Shown here in pieces: positions 1-10,359 of a stretch of 64,000 nt of DNA. Made by a program: the position numbers and the translations under genes. The notes under the pieces are model-generated. The model was not told where the DNA came from and did not search any database. It saw only the letters and a list, made by a program, of their open reading frames with translations. The stretch comes from Pedobacter sp. GTDB lineage: Bacteria > Desulfobacterota > Desulfuromonadia > Desulfuromonadales > Syntrophotaleaceae. Location: contig JBFWJC010000001.1 of NCBI GenBank assembly GCA_050253415.1, forward strand, positions 1,032,679 to 1,096,678. Reading direction: 5' to 3'. The first letter of the stretch is position 1. Every line of letters begins with the position of its first letter.

Positions 1-317
1 AACTTTACTCCGCCATCCCCCCGTCCGAATACGAATGTCAGACACGCTCGGTGCGTTTGAACGGCGCCGTGACCAGTATCCGGTTGGAGCGTCGATTCTG
101 GTCGATACTCACGGACCTCGCCGAAGGAGAACATGTTACCCTGGGCAAGATGCTCTCTACTCTGCACCAGGAGGCTGTGTTCAAGCACGGTCATGTGGAA
201 AACTTCGCATCCTTGCTGCGGGTGGTTTGCACCACCTATCTGGCACGACAGCCTGTCGGTGTTCGGAATGAATCTCGTGAAAAAACAGCGCCCGTTGCTT
301 CGGGTGCTGTTGTATGA
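1..317 (+). CDS. Ribbon-helix-helix domain protein (RHH_4-like), 5' end outside the window
   Basis: Frame 3 is open from the window edge (LYSAIPPSEYECQTRSVRLNGAVTSIRLERRFW...NFASLLRVVC). RSVRLNG-TSIRLE-FW and NFASLLRV are typical of RHH_4 proteins. Confidence 0.75.
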   Translation, partial: LYSAIPPSEYECQTRSVRLNGAVTSIRLERRFWSILTDLAEGEHVTLGKMLSTLHQEAVFKHGHVENFASLLRVVCTTYLARQPVGVRNESREKTAPVASGAVV

Positions 318-404
318 GGACGTCACCCACTGAATTCCGGTAAAGGGCTGGACTTCATGTGTTTGACACATTTAATTACCCAGGCTTTGATAAGGAGGCA
401 CCAC

Positions 405-695
405 ATGGCATTGACGGTCATCGCAAAGTTCGTGGCAAAAGCGGGCAAGGAAGAAACCCTTCGCAAAGAATTGCTGGCGCGCATCGAGCCGACTCGCGCC
501 GAAGCGGGCTGCATTATTTATGACCTGCATCAGGACATTGATAACCCTGCCGTGCTGGTATTCCTGGAAAGCTGGAAAAGTAAGAAAGACCTGGAAGAGC
601 ATCTGCAGATGCCTTATCTGCAATCACTTTTGGGGATGGTTGACGAACTCTGCGCCGAAGCGCCGGAAATCCGACTGGCCAACCAAATTGGCTGA
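405..695 (+). CDS. Antibiotic biosynthesis monooxygenase (ABM) / putative quinol monooxygenase
   Basis: AAGGAGG RBS before ATG 405. Motifs TRAEAGCIIYDLHQD, FLESW and LEEHLQMPY. Confidence 0.85.
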   Translation: MALTVIAKFVAKAGKEETLRKELLARIEPTRAEAGCIIYDLHQDIDNPAVLVFLESWKSKKDLEEHLQMPYLQSLLGMVDELCAEAPEIRLANQIG

Positions 696-743
696 AAAAC
701 GGATCCGAGCCGGATTTGATTCCATCTAGACCGTACCTTTGAG

Positions 744-780
744 GCAGGAGTGGCTATTATGCCGCTCCTGCTTTTTTTTT
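744..780 (+). terminator. Rho-independent terminator after the ABM gene
   Basis: GCAGGAGTGGC-loop-GCCGCTCCTGC hairpin followed by T9. Confidence 0.75.
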
Positions 781-1011
781 CTGGAATGGGCCAAAGGCGT
801 TGCGCTCCGCGCGACTGCACCTGCTTGCTTTTGCCGAATTATGGTCTTCGGTAACCTGCTGTGAGGTCATGGGTTATTGCAATTTGATAAGGAACGCCTG
901 AATTCCTCTGTTTGCTATGGATTCGTTTGCGAGCGGATTGGGGTGCAAGAAAACAGGCCGCAAACATAAGGTTCGCGGCCTGTGATTTAACAAAAAGTTA
1001 TAAGGTATCTG

Positions 1012-1488
1012 TCAAAACGGAATGTCGTCATCCGGATTGAAGGGCGGTTCCTCATACTGGTTCTGCTGCGGGCTTTGTTGCGGCCTGCTGTTGCTGGCCG
1101 GGCGCTCCTGGCGTTGTTCACGGCGTTGATATCCTCCACCGCCGCCGCTGTTGTCTTCACCGGCACGTCCCAGCATCTGCATCTGGTCGACAACGATTTC
1201 GGTGATGTAACGCTTGTTGCCATCACGGTCGTCGTAGGAACGGGTTTGGATTTTACCCTCGATATAAATCTGCTTTCCCTTGGTCAGGTACTTGCCGCAA
1301 ATTTCAGCCAATTGCCGCCATACGACGATATTGTGCCACTCGGTTTTTTCCTGGCTGTTGCCGTCGCGGTCTTTGTATCTCTCCGTGGTGGCGAGAGAAA
1401 AGTTGGCAACGGCAGTGCCGGACGCCGTGTAGCGCAGTTCGGGGTCCTTGCCGAGATTGCCGACCAAAATGACTTTGTTAACCGACAT
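1012..1488 (-). CDS. ssb: Single-stranded DNA-binding protein
   Basis: [21 protein letters not shown]-terminus, EWHNIV, and acidic DDDIPF C-terminus. Confidence 0.97.
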   Translation of the reverse strand: MSVNKVILVGNLGKDPELRYTASGTAVANFSLATTERYKDRDGNSQEKTEWHNIVVWRQLAEICGKYLTKGKQIYIEGKIQTRSYDDRDGNKRYITEIVVDQMQMLGRAGEDNSGGGGGYQRREQRQERPASNSRPQQSPQQNQYEEPPFNPDDDIPF

Positions 1489-1646
1489 GAGCTATTGCCT
1501 CCATGGGTTTTTGTTTAACTATGAGATATCTGGCTGAGTCTAGCGAAAATACACGGGGGTGTAAAGCAGTCTTTTAAAAAGGTTTGACTCCCCTCGGGCT
1601 GCTCCCGTAAACTGTCAACTTTCAATACCATAGGGAGTTAACTGCC

Positions 1647-2354
1647 ATGCTGCGTACACTGTTTTATCTGGTAACTTTCGTGCCCTGGACTCTGTTCGTT
1701 ATCGTCACCGGGTTGCCATTTTCTCTTCTAGGCCAGAGTGCTTTACATAGCTATTCCCGGGTCTGGGCAAGGCTCAGCCTGAAGCTGGCCGGTGTCAAGG
1801 TGGTGGTGACGGGGCGAGAAAACCTGTCTTCGGAGGGGGCTGTGGTCTATATGCCCAATCACCAGAGCAACTTCGATATCCTGGCGTTGTTTGTCAGTCT
1901 GCCCGGTCATTTTCGCTGGTTGGCCAAGGAAGAGTTATTTCATATTCCCTTATTCGGGTGGACGATGCGTCGCTCCGGTTATATCCCCGTCGATCGCTCC
2001 AACCGCAAAAAGAGCGTCGAGAGCATGCGTCATGCCATCGAGCGGATTTCAGAGGGTAATTCTGTGGTGATTTTCCCCGAGGGTACGCGTTCGCCGGACG
2101 GGCACCTCAAAGAATTCAAGGCCGGCAGTTTTACTCTGGCGATTCAGGCGCAGGCGCCTATCGTACCTATCGCCGTTACCGGTACCCGTGACGTGATGCC
2201 GAAGCACAGCCGCTGGATTCGCGGCGGTGTGGTCAATGTGACGATTTTCCCGGCGGTGCAAACCACAGGTCGGGCGGTACAAGAGCGTAATACCCTTCTG
2301 GAAGAAGTGCGCGGCCCCATCGAGGCCGTAGTGGAGAAGGCTTTGCAATCATGA
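1647..2354 (+). CDS. plsC: 1-acyl-sn-glycerol-3-phosphate acyltransferase
   Basis: NHQSNFD (HxxxxD) and FPEGTRS motifs. Confidence 0.92.
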   Translation: MLRTLFYLVTFVPWTLFVIVTGLPFSLLGQSALHSYSRVWARLSLKLAGVKVVVTGRENLSSEGAVVYMPNHQSNFDILALFVSLPGHFRWLAKEELFHIPLFGWTMRRSGYIPVDRSNRKKSVESMRHAIERISEGNSVVIFPEGTRSPDGHLKEFKAGSFTLAIQAQAPIVPIAVTGTRDVMPKHSRWIRGGVVNVTIFPAVQTTGRAVQERNTLLEEVRGPIEAVVEKALQS

Positions 2355-4045
2355 CCGAGGCGCTTGCCACGGTGACGGCGGAGTTGCCGCCCGATGCTGT
2401 GCGGATTCTGCCGCTGGGAGGGCTGGGGGAAATCGGCCTGAACATGATGGCGGTGGAGTATCGGGGCGACCTGCTGCTTATCGACTGCGGTCTGATGTTT
2501 CCCGAGCCGCACATGCCAGGTATCGACCTGGTGATCCCGGACATCAGCTGCCTGGAAGGGCGTTTTGATCGGATTCGGGGGCTGGTGCTCACCCACGGTC
2601 ATGAGGACCATATCGGTGCGGTCCCGTTTTTGCTCCAGAAGCTCGGCTTTCCCACCGTTTACGGGTCACCGCTGACGCTGGGGCTGCTGCGCCATCGGCT
2701 GGAGGAGCACGAACTTCTCGGGCGTGCCGATCTGGTTGCAGTGGCACCGCGCACGGCGCTTGAACTCGGGGCGTTTCATGTCGAACTGTTTCGTGTAGCG
2801 CATTCCATCGTCGACGGCTATGGCGTGGCTATCCGTACCGAGGCGGGGTGGATTGTCCATACCGGGGATTTTAAACTGGACCAGACCCCGGTAGATGACC
2901 AGCCAACCGACCTTGTGCGATTGACTGCATACGGCGAGGAAGGGGTGTTACTGCTGCTTTCCGATTCCACCAATGTGGAAAAAAAGGGTTTTACCCTGTC
3001 GGAGCGGGAGGTGGCTACTGCGTTTGCCGAGATCATGCCGCGTGCTCGCGGACGGGTGGTGGTTGCCACCTTTTCGTCCAATATCCACCGCATTCAGCAG
3101 GTTGTGCAAGCGGCAGTCAACTGCGGGCGTAAAATTGTAATTACCGGTCGTAGCATGGAAGCCAATACCCGCATCGCCCGGGATCTGGGATACCTCAAAA
3201 TTCCTGATGATGTGCTGATCGATGTACGCCAGGCGCGGGATCTGCCGCATCATCGTGTGGTGGTTTTGACCACCGGCAGTCAGGGCGAAGCCCAAAGTAC
3301 CCTGGTGCGCATGTCTATGGACGAGTACAAGCCGTTGCCTCTGGATGAGGGGGACACGGTTATCCTTTCCTCCAAGTTTATTCCCGGCAACGAAAAAGCC
3401 ATCAACCGCCTTATCAATCACCTCTACCGGCGCGGCGCCGAAGTTTTTTATGAAACGACCAGTGAGGTGCATGTGTCGGGGCACGCCAGTCAGGAAGAAC
3501 TCAAAATGGTGGTTTCGCTGGTGCGGCCCCGGTATTTTGTGCCTATTCATGGTGAATATCGGCATCTGGTGAAGCACGCCGCCCTGGCGCAAAGCATGGG
3601 CATCGCCAAGGAGTGCGTTGCGGTGCTGGAAAACGGCTATCCGCTGATCGTATCTGCCGCGGGCCTGGTACGTGAGCCGCGTCTCCAGACCGGTCGGGTT
3701 CTGGTCGATGGCCGCGGCGTCGGTGATGTGGGGTATATGGAACTGCGCGACCGGCGGCATGTGGCGAATCATGGGCTGGTGGTGGCATTGCTGACCGTCA
3801 GTTCATCGGACGGCAGTATTCTGTATGGTCCGGAGTTACTGTCACGCGGGTTTGTTGCCGAGGAAGAAACGGATATTCTGGATGAGGCAAGACAGCAGCT
3901 CTGCGCGACTCTTGCGGAGGGCGCTCCGGAGATGGCCTGCGAGCGGGAGACCCTTGAGGTAGAGGTTCGCAAATGCCTGCGGCGTTTCTTTAATCGTACC
4001 ATTGAGCGGCGGCCACTTATTCTGCCGATAATTCTTGAACAATAA
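2351..4045 (+). CDS. rnj: Ribonuclease J
   Basis: PLGGLGEIGLN, THGHEDHIG metallo-beta-lactamase motif, HTGDFK, HVSGHA, PIHGE. Overlaps plsC by ATGA. Confidence 0.95.
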   Translation: MTEALATVTAELPPDAVRILPLGGLGEIGLNMMAVEYRGDLLLIDCGLMFPEPHMPGIDLVIPDISCLEGRFDRIRGLVLTHGHEDHIGAVPFLLQKLGFPTVYGSPLTLGLLRHRLEEHELLGRADLVAVAPRTALELGAFHVELFRVAHSIVDGYGVAIRTEAGWIVHTGDFKLDQTPVDDQPTDLVRLTAYGEEGVLLLLSDSTNVEKKGFTLSEREVATAFAEIMPRARGRVVVATFSSNIHRIQQVVQAAVNCGRKIVITGRSMEANTRIARDLGYLKIPDDVLIDVRQARDLPHHRVVVLTTGSQGEAQSTLVRMSMDEYKPLPLDEGDTVILSSKFIPGNEKAINRLINHLYRRGAEVFYETTSEVHVSGHASQEELKMVVSLVRPRYFVPIHGEYRHLVKHAALAQSMGIAKECVAVLENGYPLIVSAAGLVREPRLQTGRVLVDGRGVGDVGYMELRDRRHVANHGLVVALLTVSSSDGSILYGPELLSRGFVAEEETDILDEARQQLCATLAEGAPEMACERETLEVEVRKCLRRFFNRTIERRPLILPIILEQ

Positions 4046-4392
4046 TGCAGGGCGGTGCTGAAAACAGAGAGTGCCAATGAGTTTTTTGCATGCTATGCTG
4101 TCATGCCTGCTGCAAGAAATAATCGAATTCCTGTCGTTTTATTAAGTGGTTATCTTGTTATTGCCTGGTATTTATTTTTACAGGATTTCAAGCAGCTCTA
4201 TGTGTTTTTGTTGTTTTGGGTGCCATAGATCGCGCAACGTTTACCCTGACTGTCCCTGACCTGGATTCAATAGGGCGGGAAGGCATGTTTTTTGCTTTAT
4301 AATCTTTAATGTTTCACTGGTCCGATGACGGCATCGGGCTTGATTTGGTTGGGTTATCAACCGTCACTGTTGTCCGGAGTCAGAGGCACATC

Positions 4393-6648
4393 ATGAGCAA
4401 GGAACAGACCGTAAAACAGGCTGTAACATTCAAAGAGCGGTTCGTGCAGGAGTTGTTGGGAGTCTTCTGGTTGGCCGCGGGTATCTTTTTGCTGTTGGCG
4501 CTTGTTTCCTTTCACGCGGGTGACACATCTTTTAATGCCTCCCGATCCGGGGGTACTCATAATCTCGCAGGGGTTGTCGGTTCCTACCTTGCCGACCTGC
4601 TGTTTCAAGGATTCGGTTTTGCGGCGTTGCTGTTACCCCTCGGGGCTTTCGGTCTGGCGTGGCACTATTTTGCTTGCAGGCAAATCCATTTTCGATGGTT
4701 GCGGATTGTAGCTTTTGTTGGGTTTTTGTTGTCATTGGACGGTCTTATAGCCCTGAGGTTCGGCGCCGTGTCATGGTTCGGCCAGCCGATTGGGGAAGCC
4801 GGAGGATTGGCGGGACGGCTTCTGGCAAATATTTTGACCTCTGGAGTCAATACCGCCGGTTCGGTCATTCTGTTGATCGTGTTATTGCTTGTCTCTTTGA
4901 TGCTTGCGGTACGTTTTTCTCTGGTATTGATGATGGACCGGGTCCTGGAGCGGTGGGGGGGCTTCCTGGAAAACCGCCAGCAGCAACGGGCCCAGCGCAA
5001 GGAGGCCGCCCGTATAAAACGCGCCAGTATCGTTGCGGGTCCTGTTATCGTCCCTGCGGACAAGGTTGCTGCGGTGCCTGTCACGCCGAAACCGAAAGCA
5101 AAACGGTTGGACAAACCGGTTCAGGAGGCGTTTGATTTTATCGAGTGTACCGGCAGTTATCAGCGTCCGCCGTTGAGCCTGCTGGATCACGAAGAGGAAG
5201 GACCGCTGCCCGTCGATCGTGAAGCTCTGGCCATGAATGCCCGTATCCTGGAGAAAAAACTCAAGGATTTCGGCGTCGAAGGTGAGGTCACCGAGGTCAA
5301 GCCGGGACCGGTCGTAACCATGTACGAATTCGCCCCGGCACCAGGGGTCAAAGTCAATAAAATCGCCGGCCTTGCCGACGATTTGGCGATGGCCCTGTCG
5401 GCCATAGCCATCCGTATCGTGGCACCTATCCCGGGCCGCCCCGTGGTGGGCATCGAGATCCCCAACAAACAACGGGAGACGGTATACCTCAAGGAGATTT
5501 TAACCGCCGAGCAATTCCAGAAGTTTGGCGGGCGATTACCGATGGCCCTTGGTAAGGATATCTTTGGTCATACGGTGGTATCCGATCTGGCCAAGATGCC
5601 CCACCTTCTGGTGGCTGGCGCCACCGGTAGCGGTAAATCGGTTTCCGTTAATACCATGATCCTGTCGTTGTTATATTGTTCCTCGCCGGAAGATGTGCGC
5701 ATTATTCTCATCGATCCCAAGATGCTCGAACTCTCCATTTACGAGGGGGTTCCGCACCTGTTGCTGCCGGTTGTGACCAACCCCAAAAAGGCGGCACTGG
5801 CGTTTGCCTGGGCTGTGCGTGAAATGGAACGCCGCTATCGCCTCATGGCGGACAAGGGCGTACGTGATATCGATGGATATAACAAGCGCCTGCTCAAAGA
5901 CGCCAAACCGCCTGTCCCCGCGCCGATCGAAAACGACATCGTCGATGAAGATATGCCTGTCGCGGAAATTGTTCAGGACGGCGAAGTGCTGGAGCACGGT
6001 CATCTGCCGCGTATCGTGGTGATTGTCGACGAGTTGGCCGACCTGATGATGGTGGCCGGTCGCGAAATCGAAGAATCGATAGCTCGGTTGGCCCAGATGG
6101 CACGCGCTGCCGGCATCCACCTGATACTGGCAACCCAGCGTCCGAGTGTCGATGTCATTACCGGCCTGATCAAGGCCAACCTGCCGACCCGCATATCTTT
6201 TAAAGTTTTTTCCCGAATCGATTCACGTACCATTCTGGATCAAATGGGCGCAGAAAATCTCCTGGGTATGGGGGATATGCTGTTTCTGCCGCCGGGTACC
6301 GGCGCTTTGACCCGTGTTCACGGTGCTTTCGTATCCGAGCACGAGGTTAAGCGGGTGGTCGATTTTCTGACCAAACATGGCCAACCGGAGTACGATGCCT
6401 CGATTCTTGAGGCCCCGCCAAGCAGTGACAGTGGAGGCGGGGAGGATGAAGAGTACGATGAAAAGTGGGATGAAGCCCTGGCTATGGTCGCCGATACCCG
6501 TCAGGCTTCGATTTCCATGCTGCAACGGCGATTACGCGTTGGTTACAACCGTGCAGCGCGCATGATCGAAAAGATGGAGCAGGAAGGCATTGTCGGCCCT
6601 TCGGACGGCACCAGTCGACCCCGCGAGGTGTTCATTAATAAGACGTAG
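4393..6648 (+). CDS. ftsK: DNA translocase FtsK
   Basis: N-terminal TM helices, Walker A GATGSGKS, VDELADLMM, ATQRPSVDVITG, gamma domain ASISMLQRRLRVGYNRAAR. Start placed at ATG 4393 after GAGG. Confidence 0.96.
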   Translation: MSKEQTVKQAVTFKERFVQELLGVFWLAAGIFLLLALVSFHAGDTSFNASRSGGTHNLAGVVGSYLADLLFQGFGFAALLLPLGAFGLAWHYFACRQIHFRWLRIVAFVGFLLSLDGLIALRFGAVSWFGQPIGEAGGLAGRLLANILTSGVNTAGSVILLIVLLLVSLMLAVRFSLVLMMDRVLERWGGFLENRQQQRAQRKEAARIKRASIVAGPVIVPADKVAAVPVTPKPKAKRLDKPVQEAFDFIECTGSYQRPPLSLLDHEEEGPLPVDREALAMNARILEKKLKDFGVEGEVTEVKPGPVVTMYEFAPAPGVKVNKIAGLADDLAMALSAIAIRIVAPIPGRPVVGIEIPNKQRETVYLKEILTAEQFQKFGGRLPMALGKDIFGHTVVSDLAKMPHLLVAGATGSGKSVSVNTMILSLLYCSSPEDVRIILIDPKMLELSIYEGVPHLLLPVVTNPKKAALAFAWAVREMERRYRLMADKGVRDIDGYNKRLLKDAKPPVPAPIENDIVDEDMPVAEIVQDGEVLEHGHLPRIVVIVDELADLMMVAGREIEESIARLAQMARAAGIHLILATQRPSVDVITGLIKANLPTRISFKVFSRIDSRTILDQMGAENLLGMGDMLFLPPGTGALTRVHGAFVSEHEVKRVVDFLTKHGQPEYDASILEAPPSSDSGGGEDEEYDEKWDEALAMVADTRQASISMLQRRLRVGYNRAARMIEKMEQEGIVGPSDGTSRPREVFINKT

Positions 6649-6685
6649 GGTGCACACCCTGAATGTATTGCCAAGTGGAGGGCTT

Positions 6686-7138
6686 ATGGAAGATGTTTTA
6701 TGGTGGTATTGGGTGGTGTTCGGGCTGGTGCTGGTGATGCTGGAACTGGTGATCCCATCCTTTACCATTGTCTGGTTCGGGCTTGGCGCCTGTTGTGTCG
6801 GTCTGGTTATGCGGGTGTTTCCCGCGCTGCCATTCTCATGGCAATTGCTGCTTTGGGCTGGAACCTCAACCCTCTGGACTGTTCTCTGGTTTCGATGGCT
6901 TAAGCCGCACATGGCGGATCGCACCAAGGCCGGCATGTCCAAGGATGCCATTGTCGGTGAAGTTGGTATTGTGGTGCAGGCTGTACAACCACCTCATGGT
7001 AAGGGCCGGATCCGCTTTGTCGTGCCATTGCTGGGTGATGAAGAGTGGCCCTGCATTTGCGATGTGTCTTTGGCCCCCGGCGACGAAGCCCGGGTGCTGG
7101 ATATTGACGGGCACGTGTTACGCGTGACCAAGAAGTAG
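6686..7138 (+). CDS. NfeD-family membrane protein (short form)
   Basis: WWYWVVFGLVLVMLEL TM region plus C-terminal OB-like domain (GEVG...GRIRF...EEW). Lies directly upstream of an SPFH gene. Confidence 0.85.
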   Translation: MEDVLWWYWVVFGLVLVMLELVIPSFTIVWFGLGACCVGLVMRVFPALPFSWQLLLWAGTSTLWTVLWFRWLKPHMADRTKAGMSKDAIVGEVGIVVQAVQPPHGKGRIRFVVPLLGDEEWPCICDVSLAPGDEARVLDIDGHVLRVTKK

Positions 7139-7240
7139 CGATCGGTTGTTGGCCTTTTTGCCTTTGTGGGCAGGGAGGCCCTTGTTGTTTTATGGCGGGT
7201 TTTTGTTTGTCTCCAATATCTTAAACCAGGGAGGAGTTCC

Positions 7241-8116
7241 ATGGAGTTTATGTTGGCTATAGTGGTGATGTTGATGGTGTTTGTAACCATTTTTCTCGGG
7301 GTGCGCATTGTTCCCCAGGGGCACAAGTTTGTGGTGCAGCGCTTGGGGAAATACCATAAATCACTTAATCCCGGGCTTAATTTTGTCATTCCGTATCTGG
7401 ATGTCATCGCCTACCGGGTATTGACCAAGGACATTTCACTTGATATCCCGAGTCAGGAAGTGATCACCAAAGACAATGCCGTCATCATGACCAATGCCAT
7501 TGCCTTCATCAGTATTATTGATCCGCCCAAGGCGGTGTACGGTATCGATAATTACCGTATTGCTATTACCAATCTGGTACAGACATCCCTGCGCAGTATC
7601 GTTGGCGAAATGAATCTGGATGATGCTCTGAGTTCTCGCGATATGATCAAGGCGCGGCTCAAGGAGTCGATTTCGGATGATGTTTCTGCCTGGGGTATCG
7701 TGGTTAAAACGGTAGAAATTCAGGATATTAAACCTTCCCAGACCATGCAGATGGCCATGGAACAGCAGGCCGCCGCCGAACGTACGCGTCGCGCAGCCAT
7801 TACCGAAGCCGAAGGCAAGAAAGTGGCGGCGGTGCTCAATGCCGAGGGTGCCAAGGAGGCCGCCATTCGGGAGGCGGAAGGTAACCTGGAAGCTTCCAGA
7901 CGGGATGCCGAGGCAAAAATGATCATGGCGGATGCAACCCGCGAGGCTATTACCAGGGTAACAGAGGCCATTGGGGATAACCAGCTGCCGGCCACCTATC
8001 TGCTCGGTGAGCAGTATGTCAAGGCCGTGCGGGATCTTTCAGCGTCGGGCAACGCCAAGATGGTGGTGCTGCCCTCTGATGTGCTGCAGGCGGTCAGAGG
8101 GCTGCTGGGAAAATAA
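7241..8116 (+). CDS. SPFH/stomatin-family protein (QmcA-like)
   Basis: VQRLGKY, PSQEVITKDN, QTSLRSIVGEM, and AEG-rich coiled coil. GGAGGAG RBS. Confidence 0.92.
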   Translation: MEFMLAIVVMLMVFVTIFLGVRIVPQGHKFVVQRLGKYHKSLNPGLNFVIPYLDVIAYRVLTKDISLDIPSQEVITKDNAVIMTNAIAFISIIDPPKAVYGIDNYRIAITNLVQTSLRSIVGEMNLDDALSSRDMIKARLKESISDDVSAWGIVVKTVEIQDIKPSQTMQMAMEQQAAAERTRRAAITEAEGKKVAAVLNAEGAKEAAIREAEGNLEASRRDAEAKMIMADATREAITRVTEAIGDNQLPATYLLGEQYVKAVRDLSASGNAKMVVLPSDVLQAVRGLLGK

Positions 8117-8140
8117 CAACGCACGATGGAAAAATAACTT

Positions 8141-8176
8141 AAAAAGGGGAGCGGCATTGCCGCTCCCCTTTTTTTT
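8141..8176. terminator. Bidirectional terminator between SPFH and mltG
   Basis: A5-GGGGAGCGGC-ATT-GCCGCTCCCC-T8 between convergent genes. Confidence 0.85.
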
Positions 8177-8207
8177 AATTCAGGTGACGCTGAATCGAAA
8201 TGCTCGA

Positions 8208-9272
8208 TTATTGCCTGCCACTGTCTTCTGTGGTTGCCAATGCATCATTATCATCATTGTCGGCATCCGCTTGAGCTATGTGGAGTTGAAACTGCCGTAC
8301 GGCGTTGTTGTGTTCCCGCAGGGTGCGGGAAAACTGGTGACTGCCGTTACCGCGCGACACAAAATAAAGATAAGGCACGTTGGCCGGACTGGTTGCGGCC
8401 TGTAACGCTCTGGCACCGGGGTTCGCGATGGGGCCCGCCGGTAAACCGCGTTGCGTGTAAGTATTATAAGGCGTGTGAGTACGCAGATCGCGTCGGGTAA
8501 GGTTTCCGTTAAAATTTTCGATCCCGTAAATGACTGTCGGGTCGGCCTGCAAGGGCATGTTGCGCTTGAGGCGATTGTGAAACACTGCGGAGATAATCGG
8601 CATTTCCGAGCGCTTTGCGGTTTCTTTCTGGATGATGGACGCCAGTGTCACTACCTGATGGAGGCTAAGGCCTTGAGTTTCCGCCTTTTCCAGCAAATCC
8701 TTCGACAGGTGTTTGTTGAATTGGTTGACCATGAAGCGCAGCAGATGGCGGCTTGGAAGATTGACACCGAATCGGTAGGTTTCAGGAAACAGGTACCCCT
8801 CCAGGCTTGGTGCATCGATGCCGAGTTTCTGCGCAAAGGCTGGGTCCATCGCCAGGCGCAGGAATTCCTCATGGTCGGTGTAGCCGGCTTGCGCCAGGCG
8901 TCCGGCAATCTGCACGGCAGTCAGACCTTCAGGCAGGGTAACCCGTAGTCGCAGGGTATCGCCCTTGATCAACCGATCGAGTACCCGGCCGGGTCTGCTG
9001 GCTGCGGCAAAATTAAAATCACCGGCTTGGATATGGCGCGCATCACCCCTTAGCGTAGCAAGGATTTTCAGGTTGAAGGCGCTGCTGACAATCCCTTCAG
9101 CCTCCAGCTTTTTGGCAATCTGGTTGAAAGATTGGCCTTTCTGGATGGAAATAATTTTAGGCTGTTGAGGGAGAACAGGGCGCAGGATAAACAACCCCAA
9201 AGGCATGCCAAAGACAAACGCTGCCGACACGAGTACGGCGACGCCACATAAAAGTAGAGGACGTATTTTCAT
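8208..9272 (-). CDS. mltG: Endolytic transglycosylase MltG (YceG family)
   Basis: VTLPEG, LEGYLFPETY, LASIIQKE, LQADPTVIYG, PYNTY, GPIANPG, YFVSRGNGSHQFS. Confidence 0.95.
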   Translation of the reverse strand: MKIRPLLLCGVAVLVSAAFVFGMPLGLFILRPVLPQQPKIISIQKGQSFNQIAKKLEAEGIVSSAFNLKILATLRGDARHIQAGDFNFAAASRPGRVLDRLIKGDTLRLRVTLPEGLTAVQIAGRLAQAGYTDHEEFLRLAMDPAFAQKLGIDAPSLEGYLFPETYRFGVNLPSRHLLRFMVNQFNKHLSKDLLEKAETQGLSLHQVVTLASIIQKETAKRSEMPIISAVFHNRLKRNMPLQADPTVIYGIENFNGNLTRRDLRTHTPYNTYTQRGLPAGPIANPGARALQAATSPANVPYLYFVSRGNGSHQFSRTLREHNNAVRQFQLHIAQADADNDDNDALATTEDSGRQ

Positions 9273-9329
9273 AACTCCATGAGGCTGGCTCGGCAAGGCC
9301 GCTACGTGTTGAGAGCGGCCATCCGGGCT

Positions 9330-9920
9330 TCAAGCCTTGAAACGGTTTTCGCTGCCGTTCAGCAGCCGTTGGATATTCTGATGATGGCGAACGATAACCA
9401 CGAGGCTGATAAACAGCGTGGTTACTATCAAACTGAGGCTACCGCTGTTTAAGTATACCAGAAGTGGAATCGCTGCTGCCGCAGTGATGGAACCCAGGGA
9501 AACGTAGCGCCATTTCCACAACAGCAAGGCAAAGATTATAAAAGCGCCAAGGACGGCCAACGGAGAAAGAACCAGGAAGATGCCCAGAGCGGTCGCAACG
9601 CCCTTGCCGCCTTTGAATCTCAGGTATACAGGGTAGCAGTGCCCGATAAACGCTGCGGCAGCTACGGCGCCCACTTGAGCGTCGCCAAGCCCGAGCAGTT
9701 TCATGGCAATCAATACCGGCACGGCACCTTTGAGCGCATCGCCAAGCAAGGTCAGGACGCCGAGTTTCTTGCCTGCCACCCGGTAGACGTTGGTGGCTCC
9801 GATGTTACCACTACCTGAGTTACGGATGTCGGTTGCCCCGAACAGGCGGGTGAGGACGACACCTGTCGGTATGGCTCCGATCAGGTAGGCAGCGATCAGC
9901 GTGAAATAAAAAATCGTCAT
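9330..9920 (-). CDS. plsY: Glycerol-3-phosphate acyltransferase PlsY
   Basis: GSGNIGATN, DALKG, FKGGKGVAT, RHHQNIQRL. GGAG RBS before ATG 9920. Confidence 0.95.
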   Translation of the reverse strand: MTIFYFTLIAAYLIGAIPTGVVLTRLFGATDIRNSGSGNIGATNVYRVAGKKLGVLTLLGDALKGAVPVLIAMKLLGLGDAQVGAVAAAAFIGHCYPVYLRFKGGKGVATALGIFLVLSPLAVLGAFIIFALLLWKWRYVSLGSITAAAAIPLLVYLNSGSLSLIVTTLFISLVVIVRHHQNIQRLLNGSENRFKA

Positions 9921-10359
9921 GGTGGACTCCACATACACTAAAAGCGGCCAGGGCCGCTTCAATGCAAGATTAGAGATCGGGAGACTAAGTGTGCCGGCAT
10001 CCCCCCGACTCTCGAAACCGGTATCGTATTTTAGCTGAGACCGGAAACCGAGATTTTTAATAATTGGACGAAATTTTTATCATGCCGACAGAGAAAAGGC
10101 AAGAGGATTCCCCTTGCCTATGCTGGTCAAAGCCGGGTTCGTCTTTTTTTATATATGATTTCAATAGGGTTAAGATTTGAAGAGAGAGCAGCCGATTACT
10201 TGTCTAAGGAGATCCTTTAGCCTGTCAAGGCCGGTGAACGTCGAAATACAATCCAGAAATGGTGCTTTTTTAGGGGGATCGCCGAGGCTTGCGACTGTGC
10301 ATAGCCATGGTAATGTTCTAATGGATTCATGGTAGCGACTCATACACAAGGAGGTCATC

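Noticed and set aside
9975..9987. GATCGGGAGACT as a degenerate att copy of the tRNA-Pro 3' end
   Set aside because: Too short and gapped to tell from chance, and better explained as a stem arm.
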